Below, in pieces: positions 14,165 through 25,388 of a DNA stretch of 64,000 nt. The position numbers were made by a program, and so were the translations under genes. The first letter of the stretch is position 1, and every line of letters starts with the position of its first letter. The stretch is taken from assembly GCA_030390025.1 (NCBI GenBank), contig CM059446.1, positions 11,904,001 through 11,968,000 on the forward strand, read 5' to 3'. This stretch comes from Squalus acanthias. Its lineage: Eukaryota. A model generated the notes under the pieces. It did no database searches. It was given only the letters and a program-made list of their open reading frames with translations, and was not told the DNA's origin.

Positions 14165-14250
14165 AGAAAATGCTGGAAACACACAGCATGTTAGTCAGTA
14201 TCTATACAGAGAACAGACAAGTTTATATTTTAGGAGCGGACCCTTTTATA
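14165..14250 (-). mobile_element. Degenerate family B-like arm
   Basis: gaaaatgctggaaacacacagcatgttagtcagtatctatacagagaacagacaag resembles gaaaatgctggagatactcagcaggtcaggcagcatctgtg. Confidence 0.4.
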
Positions 14251-15759
14251 AAAAAAAATAATAATTCTGTTCAGCTAGGATTTTTGGGGGTAGTGGGGAA
14301 GAAAGATAAAAGTTTGAGCCAAGGGCGATTGTACAATCATTGGCATAGTTGCTTTTACTGCTATCTGACATTAGATGCACTTGTATCGGGGCATGTTGGC
14401 ACTTCATTTTTCCTTACCTTCAAATGGGACAACTTGCAATGGTTTTCCACTTAGAGACCTTATGTAGAGCTGATACAGTTCATTACCAACATTCATTTTG
14501 GATGCTCAAGTGACACGTAGTACTGGTGTTCAAAACCGTAGCCATTTGCTTGGGAGAAAGGTACATTTGGTCCTTTACTTTCAAGCATTGTGAGAGTACT
14601 GGAAAATGGACTTTGACTTTAAATTGTATATATTTTATTTATAAAATGTTTATCCTGGATTAAATGCAAAAATGTCCAGTTCAACAAAGTTTTCTTTTAA
14701 TTCTAAAACTTCAGCTTTGATTCAACTGCGCATTTGAAAATAGGAGAAAATAAATTTTTAAAGGTTGTATGGCATTATAGATGGAATTTGCAAAATGTCT
14801 GGGGAGGACCTTTGTATCCTTCAGGGTTACTTGACACTATTGGAAGTAAAATTAAAAGAATAAATTTGTTATGTCATCTCTTAAATCTTAAAAGCAGACC
14901 TCTACAGATTCAGGCATAGCCATTCTGCCTTGCTTTAAGCTCAGTGACTGTTTGGTTCAATTATTAAATTAAAAATTAACAAGATTACCATTTTCATTAT
15001 TAATCCTTTAAGAGAAGCAGATCCATCACTATCCACTGATGTGCTTTAAACTGCTGTCAAAGGGCAGTGGTCTAGTAAGATTACTTAAGTTTTTGAAATA
15101 GAGCAGTGCTACAATAACTTTTACGTCATTTTTGCTGGATAATGCCTTCCATTAAGTGCTGTTTTTATCTAACATGATGGTGAAGCTCTTTGTCTGATAA
15201 ATGGCAGAATCCAGATTTGAGGTAACACAGGCGCTGTAGTGGTTCCTTAGTGCTTGTGACCTATCACCGGTTTAATAAGACAGAAAATTGAATGGCTAAA
15301 TGTGGATCAATAAAGATGCTGCTCATTCTTCATGGCTGATTGGAATCTGTTGGTGATTGCCAAGGACTTAATGTGGAGATTAATGATTAGCTGATACCAA
15401 GTGCTCTTATGTACTTTGTTCTGGCTGAGGACTGTAAATCAACCAGTTGATACTGTGGAAAAATAATTGTTTTTAGTCATTCTGAACTAATTTATAGCTT
15501 CTGTATAAAAAAGACGGATTTTTTGTAGTCTTGAAATCTCCTGCATGCCTTTCTGTAGGGTGCATCCATTCTTGATGATGGGCAAAATTCAGTTCAGACC
15601 TTTTTAAAAATCCTGATGCCTTCTATTAATTTCACTGAATTATTTACCTGGGAGAACATTTAACCCCATTCCACTTCCACAGATTTTATTGCCGTTAGTC
15701 TTTTGAATCATAAAATTCAACACGGTAGAGAGCAAACTTACAAGGTTTTTTTTTGTTTT

Positions 15760-16055
15760 ATTTTCCTGCCTTCGATTTTCTCCTCTCTACTGCTGAAGAC
15801 ACTGACTCATGCTGGGATCAGTTTCTGCAGCCGCCTTTAGGTGTCTCATCCACATGCTGTTCTTCATGTGTGAGCTCAGACAGTGAGTATCAAAAGTGAT
15901 TCAACCATGGGGAACAGAATGGCCGAAGGTGAGGAGGTCCTCACCCGACATCCACACGTGAGCATTATACAATGGGGGTCACCGGATCATGGTTTAGCAT
16001 AAGAATTTTTGCTGTGTTTTATCCCCTTCCTGGAAATTCTGCGGCTAATTGTAGT
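15760..16055 (-). mobile_element. Second SINE-like family, interrupted by the SINE at 16058; appears to resume at ~16510-16560
   Basis: Antisense homology to 40890-41200 (ttcttcatgtgtgagc vs ggctcacacatgaaga; ctgaagacactgactcatgctggg vs ccagcatgaatctacaccttcag). Confidence 0.6.
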
Positions 16056-16057
16056 TA

Positions 16058-16500
16058 GCTGGGCTTAGTTGGTGGGCACTCTTGTTTCTTGGTCAGAAGG
16101 TTGTGGGTTTGAGTCACATACCAAAGTTAATGAGCCCATAATCTAGGCTGACACTCCAGTGCAGTACTGAGGGAAGTGCTGCAGAATACATAGTTTGAAA
16201 TCTCATCTGAAGAATCTAAGGCCCCATCTGCCTGTTTGGTGGTTCAAGTGCAAGTTAAAGATGCCATGGCCTACTCAAAGAGTAAGAAGTTCTCTTGGGT
16301 TCCTTGCCAACATTCCTACCATAACAAAAAGTAAATTAACTGGTTGTTCATTTTATAACTGTTTATAGGATGTTGCTTGTGCAGAATGGCTACCATGTTT
16401 GCCTACATAAATACAGTTGCTGCTCTTCAAACTAATTCATTATCTGCAGCGCTTTAAGATATTTTGACATGATGAGACATGACAGAAATGCAAGGATTTT
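16058..16500 (+). mobile_element. SacSINE1-like SINE
   Basis: ggcttagttggtgggcactcttg..tcagaaggttgtgggtttgagtc..ctaggctgacactccagtgcagtactgaggg; colinear with 11368-11782. Confidence 0.75.
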
Positions 16501-16564
16501 TTTTTTAAGTGTCCCTAATGCCACTGCTGACTGAGATCAATAAATTCCACACAGGAGCTTAGAT

Positions 16565-17080
16565 CTGTGGACATTCAGAAAGCCTTTGACAAGATACCAC
16601 ACAGGAGACTATTGGAGAAGATTAAGGGGTATGGAATTAGGGGAAGGATAGTAAACTGGATTAAAAATTAGTTAGAAGGGAGAAAACAGAGAGTAGGAGT
16701 TGAGGGTATTTTTTCAGAGTGGTTGGAAGTGGATAGTGGTGTTCCACAGGGTTTAGTTCTGGGGCCACTATCAATGACTTGGATATAGGCCTAGAAGGAG
16801 TGGTACTGAAATTTGCAGATAATACCATTTTAGTTAATTCTTTAGAAGACCAAAGGAAGCTGTAAAGAGATATTGATAAGATGGGGGAATAAGCTAAAAA
16901 GTGGTAGATGGAATTCAGTGTGAGGTGATGCATTTTGGTAAAGAAATAACAGCAATAATTATACTCTGAATGGAAGTAGACTCAGTGCTGTGGAACAGCA
17001 GAGGAATTTGAAGGTACACGTGTGCATGATTTTAAAAGCAGCACCTCAGGTTGATAAGGCTGTAAAAAAAAAAAAAGCTC
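16565..17080 (+). mobile_element. Degenerate CR1 RT fragment
   Basis: gacattcagaaagcctttgacaagataccacac (D.QKAFDK.PH), agtggtgttccacaggg (SGVPQG), aaatttgcagat (KFAD); contains stops and frameshifts. Confidence 0.85.
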
Positions 17081-17099
17081 CAGGAATTCGAGGAATTCA

Positions 17100-17390
17100 C
17101 CATCCTAAAGCCTATAACTATTCTCATCATGATCATCTACTTTTCCAAGTTTTGTATCATCTGAAAACTTCAGAATACTGCTCCCTACACTCGTGTCGAG
17201 GTTGTTTATAAAAATTGAAAAGAGTAATGGACCTAAACCTGACCCTTGGGGAACATCACTGCAGACCACCTCCCAGTCTGAAAAAACATCCATCCACCAC
17301 CACCTTTTCCTTCCTGTCACTGAGCCAGTGGGAAACATCCATACCGCCACTTTCCCCTTAATTCCATGGGCTTCCACCTTCTTAATAAGC
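17100..17390 (-). mobile_element. CR1 RT fragment
   Basis: ORF 17105..17377: VPQGSGLGPLLFSIFINNLD...LKFSDDTKLG. Confidence 0.88.
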
Positions 17391-17393
17391 CAT

Positions 17394-17635
17394 AAAAACA
17401 GAAAATGCTGGAGATACTCAGCAGCTCAGGCAGCATCTGTGAAGAGAGAAACAGAGTTAACGTTTCAGGTCGATGACATTTCGTCAGAACTGGAGTTCCA
17501 GTTCTGACGAAAGGTCATCGACCTGAAACGTTAACTCTTGTTTCTCTCTTCACAGATGCTGCCCGACCTGCTGAGTATCTCCAGCATTTTCTGTTTTTAT
17601 TTCAGATTTCCAGCATCTGCAGTATTTTCTTTTTG
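17394..17635 (+). mobile_element. Non-autonomous Penelope-like mini-element (family B), near-perfect palindrome
   Basis: Arms ~17392-17494 and 17497-17600 are inverted with a 2-nt spacer, followed by tail ttcagatttccagcatctgcagtattttc. 15-bp TSD ttcttaataagccat at 17379-17393 and 17636-17650. Confidence 0.82.
17500..17536 (+). ncRNA. Minimal type I hammerhead ribozyme motif (family B)
   Basis: AGUU-CUGACGA-A-AGGUC-auc-GACCU-GAAAC-GUU-AACU. Helix I AGUU/AACU, helix II AGGUC/GACCU, palindromic helix III (ACGU), cleavage triplet GUU. The antisense copy at 17455-17491 has one helix II mismatch. Confidence 0.72.
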
Positions 17636-18406
17636 TTCTTAATAAGCCATCTTTTCTCGTAACCTCTCTCTGCCTCCCGTAATTAACTTTTTCAATTCCC
17701 TGCTGTATTAATTGGAGAGGAAGGGAAGGTGACGTAGGTTTGGTATTTTGTCAGCAGTCACGGTATATTGCAGGGACTTTAAAGAACTGAGAGCTGTTGA
17801 TTGGGGTCCATTTGGTAGGCCATTAATCTGGTTGTTGAAATGTCTGAGAACGCTATTTGTTTGCCTGAGACCTGGTATTCCTAAAAGCTGCTCATGTCAG
17901 TTTCTCCCTTCACCAATAATTGAATTTTAATCTGGAGCATGCATGAAATGTTGGTGCTCTACTTCTAACCAGCCACCTGACTGATAATTTATTTTTCTTA
18001 CTTTTCCAATGGATTTACGTGACTTACTGTATTAAAGAATTGAAAACATCTTGAAGTACTCTTATTAGAATAAATAGTGTTTGTAACAGGCTTACTGTGA
18101 TGAATATTACCAAGTTTTTAGTTGGCAACATATGCTGCCTTTGTATGAAGCGCATACATTTCGAGCGATTCAGGAGCAGTCATCTGATCCATACTGATGT
18201 TAACTTTATTAATTACATTAATAATATAACAGCAGGAAAATAAATTACTTCGACATCAGTTAAGCATCCTCATAGGATATAAATACAGTTTCAATTAATT
18301 ATAATTAGTATTTACTCTTGAGTTTTGCTCAATTTTTAGATTCAATAAGGTATATCAACCTAATATTTGTGTGCTTGGAATGTCTTTAGCTCTAGTAAAT
18401 GACAAC

Positions 18407-18610
18407 TTAATATTCAAAAATCTATCGATCTCTGTCTTGAGTATATTCAAGACAGAGAGCGATAGATTTTTGAATATTAAAGGAATCAAGGGATATGGGA
18501 ATAGTGCAGGAAAGTGGAGATGAGGTAGAAGATCAGCCATGATATTGAATGGCGGAGCAGGCTCAAAGGGCCAAATGGTCTATTCCTGCTCCTATTTCTT
18601 ATGTTCTTAA
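18407..18610 (+). mobile_element. CR1 3' end with 5' fold-back palindrome
   Basis: CR1 3' UTR (gatcagccatgat..gaatggcggagcaggctc..cctgctcctatttcttatgttctt); 18407-18440 is the inverse of 18447-18480. Confidence 0.85.
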
Positions 18611-18954
18611 CTATATGAGGCTAGAAGCAGTTTTTAGAAAGAGTTTTTATACTTACAAGGCAATGCATTTTTCTATGACATGAAGTTAATGAAAGAAGGC
18701 ACAATGCAAAACTAAAGATGCAAGTAAATATTATAAAGGGAAAATGGCAAGTGTACCAAATTAGGCTGAATGTTTTTAAAATCCAAGTATAACATTCAAG
18801 AGGCACTAATAGGTTATTTATATTTGGAACCTGAAGCATACTAATTACATCCCAGCTTAGATCAGTTCAAATAATTGTATAATTCTTTGCTGTTTTACTC
18901 CTAGCGTGCAAGTATGAGTCAGTGGCACTGCAGAAACATGATTATTTTCATCAT

Positions 18955-19696
18955 GGCCCAGAAATTGATCTCGCTCTGTTCCCGCGGGGGTAAGCCTTCC
19001 CCGCGATGTCTCACCTCGCTTATGCTTTTTCTGATCCAGCTCGCACGAACTTGATGTTCCAGACATCAGCTGTGCTGGGCTTGCGTATCCCAGCGGCGCA
19101 GTTAATTCGTGCGAGCTGTGGGATCACGTGACTCAGTTAGAGCCAATGGCAGCACACCATCTTCCATTCATAAGTCTCACAGCATGGCTGTGAGACTTAT
19201 GAATCTTACACCCCCCCAAAATAACAGCTAAACCTCAATTAAATTAAAAAAAACCCATCACATTAATAAAATAAGTATAGTTAATTAAATTAACCATTTT
19301 AAATAAAAAATTAAATTTTTGAAAAAATTTAAAATCTTTTAAAAAGTTATAAAAATAAACTTACCTGTCTTTAAAGTCTATAAAAAAGATATACCTGTAA
19401 AAAAAAATTCAAAAAAATACTTAATTCACTACTTACCTTCTTAAAAGCGGGTCTTACTCCTCCTTTTTACATTTCCAAAATCTTCCCTACTTACCTGCGC
19501 GTCCAAAGCATGAAGTGCACAGCGTGCGCGCAGCCTGTAGCGCGCACGCGATGCAGCCAGGCCCCGCCCCCTTTTCGGAAGAGCAATTGCCGGTTTTCAG
19601 CGCATGCGCAGGGCATGCAGAAAACCGGCAATTGGAGTGGGAATACGCGAGAGTATGCAGTGCGTACTCTCGCGTCCCGGGATCAATTTTCGGCCC
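18955..19696. mobile_element. MITE, PIF/Harbinger-like
   Basis: TIR GGCCCAGAAATTGATC / GATCAATTTTCGGCCC; 3-bp TSD cat at 18952-18954 and 19697-19699; subterminal hairpins; AT-rich core. Confidence 0.8.
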
Positions 19697-21294
19697 CATG
19701 TCTCTCCACACTGAAAATACCAGTTGCTGGCAAAACCAAATCTGGAAATTGATCAACAGTTTGATTCCAACTGGTTTTGCTCGAATTCAGGTGCAGATCT
19801 TGCAACAAGAGGTCTGCCAGAATTTAAAGCAATTTGCAACTGGATATCCATGTAGCATCTTTACAAGAAGCTGGAAACAAAAGTGCATGGGAATGTTGGG
19901 GTGCTCCAGTTTTCAATTCCTAGTGAAACCATGGGATGATAACGGCCCATGTGTTGAAATGTTGTTCCACATTATGTTGAACTGTGCTTGTGGAATCTGT
20001 TTCCTCCTTTGTCACAAAGTAGTTGATTTTGTCAGCACTTTTAGCCACAACTCAGTTTTTTTTAAACTATTGAATTTAAAGATTTTAGTGATTTCTAAAG
20101 CATGTGCAAAAATTGTAATTGTGCAATTAACAAAATCAACTAATTCCATAAAATAGAAAGGCACATTTTGAGAGTATTCCACTGTGCCAGGCTTTGCCAG
20201 CTGTACAAGTGTTGGGTGAGTGGGATATGTTCATACCAAAATTAGCAGTTTTGTTTCATGTATCCTGAATAGTTTGTTGGGAAAAATGTATTGAATTTTG
20301 TGCCCCAGCAGTGTGCCTTAGCTGATCCAAAAGAGCGTCCCCTATTGCAACACTGTATATTTTGCACGCCATCAACCCTTGTGGCTTCTCTGAGGGTGCT
20401 TGCTCATTGTCAACAAAACAATTCCAGCAGCAATTGGGTTGAGATTACCCAAATGCATGTCATGTAGACTGGAAAGATTTTCAAGCCCAATTCTGAAGTG
20501 AAAGGATGGTATATTACATCAACCAATTTCCCCTTCACCCCCCGCCCCCAGAAAAAATTGTATCTTTGCAGGATCTGTCACTTGGCCTAATCTCCAAATG
20601 CAGTATAAAAACAGAAGATCCGGATCATTCAGAGAAAAAGGCTAATTTGTAAAAGTAAAAAAGAATTATTTCTGAATTCTGGTTGAAATCTACTTCTGTA
20701 AAAACAAATGCTAAGTGACCATTTTATTCTTATTATTTAACTTCATGGTTCATCTCACGAAGCTTCACTTCAAAATGTGGAAATGGAAACTGAAATTCTG
20801 CTTTAATGGTAATATTTTCAGTTTTATATATCTATTAGATAGGGGGTCCATATAAAACTCAATGCAAATACACAGCCCAACATTGTGACAGAAAATCAAT
20901 TTGGATAAAATAGCATAATTTGTTTTCGATTAACTAGGACATAATTATAATTTAAAACATTAATCTTTTAAATGACAATGAGCTGGTGTGAATTAAGAAG
21001 AACAAGAAATGCCCCCTCCCTTATTCCAGATAAAAGAATGCAGGCTGTATTGTGACCCTTGTACAAAATATTGGGAAGAAGCCAATCTATTTTTTTCTTG
21101 AGGTTGTTTTGAGAGTTTTTAAGACATTGGGAATCAGTAATACCTCGAATAAGAACATTTTCCGATCAATCGAGAGAAATAAGATTACTGCCACAATGCT
21201 GCTTGTAGAACGTAGCAGTGTTCCTAAATTGCCACATGTACTATAATTTGGTAAATGTAAGTTTGCTTCTCTGTTTGCTAAATTGCTAAACTAA

Positions 21295-21483
<189 letters not shown>

Positions 21484-22460
21484 TAAGTACAACAAAAATT
21501 TTCTACTGCATAATGCAGTAGCTCTTTAATTTCATAATGCAAAGGTTTTACAATGCCATTTTTCAAAGTGTGAGTCAACATTATTTTGTTTTAATTTGTT
21601 GTGTATTTTCTGCTACAATTTTGCATGCATGGACAACTGTGCTTCATTAATATTTGAAGCTGTCCTACTGCACGTACTTTCACACACCAGTGTACCAAAC
21701 AGTCATCCATGTTAACTTGGGGAGCTGCCACTTGGAAGCCATGTGCTTCGCTAGAGGGAGGGAGGAAAAAGTAAGGGTTCTTGGGTTGTAGTGGCCAACT
21801 ATCCAACTGTAGTTATGTAACGATATGGCCTTGTAGTTAGATAAAGAAAGGACAGCAATTGTGAAGGTCTGGAAAATGATCTTGGGCTCTTAAGAAATTG
21901 TGTAGTGTAGGGAGACTGAGAAAGGAGACAGGAAAGGAAAGAGAATAACTTGCAAGGAAAATTATATTGAGAATGAGTGATGTAAATTGCATATATTCAA
22001 AGAAAATGGAACAAGCAGGGCCCTTGGGAATTTTGGTTGTGGCTGGCAGTCCATCGAACTATGATGGGATATTGTGTAATCTAAGATGGTGGTCTGGGTA
22101 TTTAATCATTTTGAAGTTTTATGATAAAGTTGGAGATAATAGTCTAAGGTATTGTAGAGTCTATTTTGTGGTCTGTTAGCTAGGTAGCTCTGCTGTGCGA
22201 TTGTCAACCAGGCGTATGCTGGATTGCTGGTAAGCATATTAGGCAGGTTAGAAACTGATTTTTTACACGGCTTGTCCATGAGAGGGTAATTGAAGGGGTG
22301 GATCATATTTTGGGAAGAATTGAGTTTTGTGGAGTAGGACGATTCTGTTATCTAAGTAACATTTTTGTAAGTGTACAAATAATACATTTTGGAATAAATA
22401 GTAGTTTGCAGCCTTGAATGTTGAAGATCTTCACGGGTTAGCTTGCTTTTGTATCCTATC

Positions 22461-23400
22461 TGCTGACGACATGAAACTAGGTGGGATTGTGAGTTGTGAG
22501 GAGGATGCAAAGAGGCTTCAAGGCGATTTAGACAAGTTGAGTGAGTGGGCAAATACATGGCAGATGCAGTATAACGTGGATAAATGTGAAGTTATCCACT
22601 TCGGTAGGAAAAACAGAATGGCAGAGTATTATTTAAATGGTGACCGATTGGGAAATGTTGATGTACAAAGTGATCTGTGTGTCCTTGTACACCAGTCACT
22701 GAAAGCAAACATGCAGGTGCAGCAAGCAGTTAGGACGGCAAATGGTATGTTGGCCTTCATTGCAAGAGGATTTGAGTACAGGAGCAAGGATGTCTTACTA
22801 CAGTTATACAGGGCCTTGGTGAGACCACACCTGGAGTACTCTGTGCAGTTTTGGTCTCCTTACCTAAGAAAGGATATACTTGCCATAGAGGGAGTGCAGC
22901 GAAGGTTCACCAGACTGATACCTGGGATGGCAGGACTGTCGAATGAGGAGCGATTGGGTCGACTAGGCCTGTATTCACTAGAGTTTAGAAGAATGAGAGG
23001 GGATCTCATTGAAACGTATAAAATTCTGACAGGGCTAGACAGACTGGATGCAGGGAGGATTTTTCCCCTGGCTGGGGGGTCTAGAACGAGGGGTCACAGT
23101 CTCAGGATACGGGGTAGGACATTTAGGACTGAGATGAGGAGAAATTTCTTCACTCAGAGGGTGGTGAACCTGTGGAATTCTCTACCACAGAAGGCTGTGG
23201 AGGCCAAGTTCACTGAATATATTTAAGAAGGAGATAGATAGATTTCTAGACACAAAAGGCATCAAGGGGTATGGGGAGAGAGCGGGAATATGGTATCGAG
23301 ATAGAGGATCAGCCATGATCATGTTGAATGGCAGAGCAGGCTTGAAGGGCCGAATGGCCTACTCCTGCTCCTATTTTTCTATGTTCTATGTTTCTATCTA
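22461..23400 (+). mobile_element. 5'-truncated CR1 LINE, young, with 3' UTR and ttctatgt tail
   Basis: ADD..KLGG, KCEVIHFG, YRALVRPHLEYSVQFWSPY, RRMRGDLIETYKI, RRNFFTQRVVNLWNSLP; 3' UTR gaagggccgaatggcctactcctgctcct. Confidence 0.95.
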
Positions 23401-23899
23401 TATTGGTGTATGATTTATGTAATGGCCGTAGGATATTTTTCAAAAATCTTTGGAATATTGATTGGCTAAGTATATGTACCTGTGTATTATACATATATAG
23501 TCAGTCTTGTATGTGAAAAGTGTATGTTGTGCACCTGACTGACTTAGCTATCATATTCATAAAATAGCAACTAAGCACAAGTGAGCATGTAGAAAATCCA
23601 CCTATAAACAAGCCATGTCTTTTCTTAAAGAAAAAATCCGTTCCTTTCGACAGACAAGAGACACAGCAATTAGCCTCTAATTGATCTCAGGGTGTGCCTA
23701 TTTATAGAATTCCCCCACAGGGAGCCATTGATTTGCTGGAAGACAAGATTTCTCTTCTGATCCACCTAGACTTTGTGGTTTAAAGGGACTTGCTAGGTGA
23801 AGCATTCGTCACCTGAGCTGCAGACATGTTTCCTCAAGGCAGTACTTTTAAGACTATTAAGTAAGGGGTGTTAAGACCTAAACAATCTGAGATGAATTT

Positions 23900-24635
23900 G
23901 GTCTACCGTAGCTATCTTCTCGGGTGCAATGGTGTCAGTTTCTCCCTTAAATGGTCTGAGCGCCTACTTTTTATGGATTCCACTGCTCTATATCTACCTG
24001 TTTAGTAGGAGACCCAGGAGTGTAACAGTGAAACTTCCTTGTGATGCAGACAGGAATGCCGTATCTTCTGCATGTGTACTACTTCACTCTCTGAAGGTGA
24101 ACCGAGTTAACACTGGGTGAGGCAATGTTTCCGGAGTAGGTAAAGCAGCACAGAACAATGAGATTGATGAGAGTCGCTTGATACAATCTATACAACTTCT
24201 GTTTGTTGTACTGTTACAAAAATAAAGAACATGTCAATGCTAGCTCACTCCGGAGCATTGTCTAACTCAACATTAAAGCACAATCTCTGTACTCTGTCCT
24301 ACCATCATGACAGCAACTCATTGCTTTTTCAGCATTTTGCTCTCGGTGTCTCTGTTCTGATTCTTTCACAGCCATCACAGAGATCAAAAAAGGCTTCTAA
24401 CATCAAGGTACAACATGTCTTTTTCAATAACTAGACAAGGCTAATGAATTGTCCATTGTTTTGGGGCTCAGAGAGGAACAACTTCCCATCTTGCCTTGTA
24501 ATTACCATTTGACTGCCTACCAAATACACAACTAAACACAGGGCTAATCCCGTCTAGGAAAGCATTTGGTAAAAAAAACCATATTTTTACATAGCTCATT
24601 TCCAAGTCCTTTCCGGAAAAGAAAATGGCCAAACC
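23900..24635. repeat. Unclassified interspersed repeat, copy 1
   Basis: Colinear blocks shared with 46115-47270 (gacccaggagtgta, accgagttaacactggg, cacagaacaatga, ttgtccattgttt, cctttccgg..gaaaatgg). Confidence 0.75.
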
Positions 24636-25075
24636 ATGACACACTCCTCAATTAATGTGTTGTGTGTTGCATGGTATTATTGTTAGCTTGTAGAGATTAA
24701 CAATCTCTTTCAAATTATTAGGATCAACTGCAAACCAATGTGGTGGGAACATTGTGTTTAATCAGAGTTTAAGACGGAATATAACACACTAGTTGTACAG
24801 CAGAAACATACGACTGTGACGAGCAGCTGGTACCGGTCCCGATTGGACAGACGGCTAGCATGCGTGAACAGTTCTCCGGCTTACGGCCTTTCTCCCTCTC
24901 GTCTAGAACCTCCAAGAATGGGTTGAGTCCGCTCCCGGAAGAGTGTTAGACCAGCCCCACTCTTGTATGGCTCTCCCTTCCACTGTCTGTGCTAAGGGCT
25001 TTTCAGGTCTTTCTCTTATACCCTTTTTTAGAAGTCGCACAACACCAGGTTATAGTCCAACAGTTTTATTTAAAA

Positions 25076-25113
25076 TTACGAGCTTTCGGAGCTGCTGCCC
25101 CTTCGTCAGGTAA
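25076..25113 (-). ncRNA. Minimal hammerhead ribozyme motif, identical antisense copy
   Basis: Exact reverse complement of 25351-25388. Confidence 0.72.
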
Positions 25114-25350
25114 AGGTACAGTGAGGGAATCTATTACACAGTATATATACACAGAGAGCACAGTATATATACACAGTATCTATTACACAGTATATATACA
25201 CGGACACGTTGGACCCCCTGTGACCCACCTCATTGTCTTAGCTGTACTCTGATGTGTCTTTGATGTAATGCCTCCCTAACAGATTGTATCACTGCAGACA
25301 AATTGCTCTCTGTGTATATATACTGTGTAATAGATTCCCTCACTGTACCT

Positions 25351-25388
25351 TTACCTGACGAAGGGGCAGCAGCTCCGAAAGCTCGTAA
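25351..25388 (+). ncRNA. Minimal type I hammerhead ribozyme motif (Penelope-type)
   Basis: UUAC-CUGACGA-A-GGGGC-agca-GCUCC-GAAA-G-CUC-GUAA. Helix I UUAC/GUAA, helix II GGGGC/GCUCC, loopless palindromic helix III AGCU, cleavage triplet CUC. Confidence 0.75.

Noticed and set aside
19515-20156. 213-aa ORF
   Set aside because: Starts within a MITE arm and runs into flanking intron; no family motif or splice support.
22414-23226. 270-aa ORF as a host gene (also 51967..52770 and 32278..32958)
   Set aside because: These are 5'-truncated LINE ORF2 fragments lacking the endonuclease and the N-terminal part of RT.
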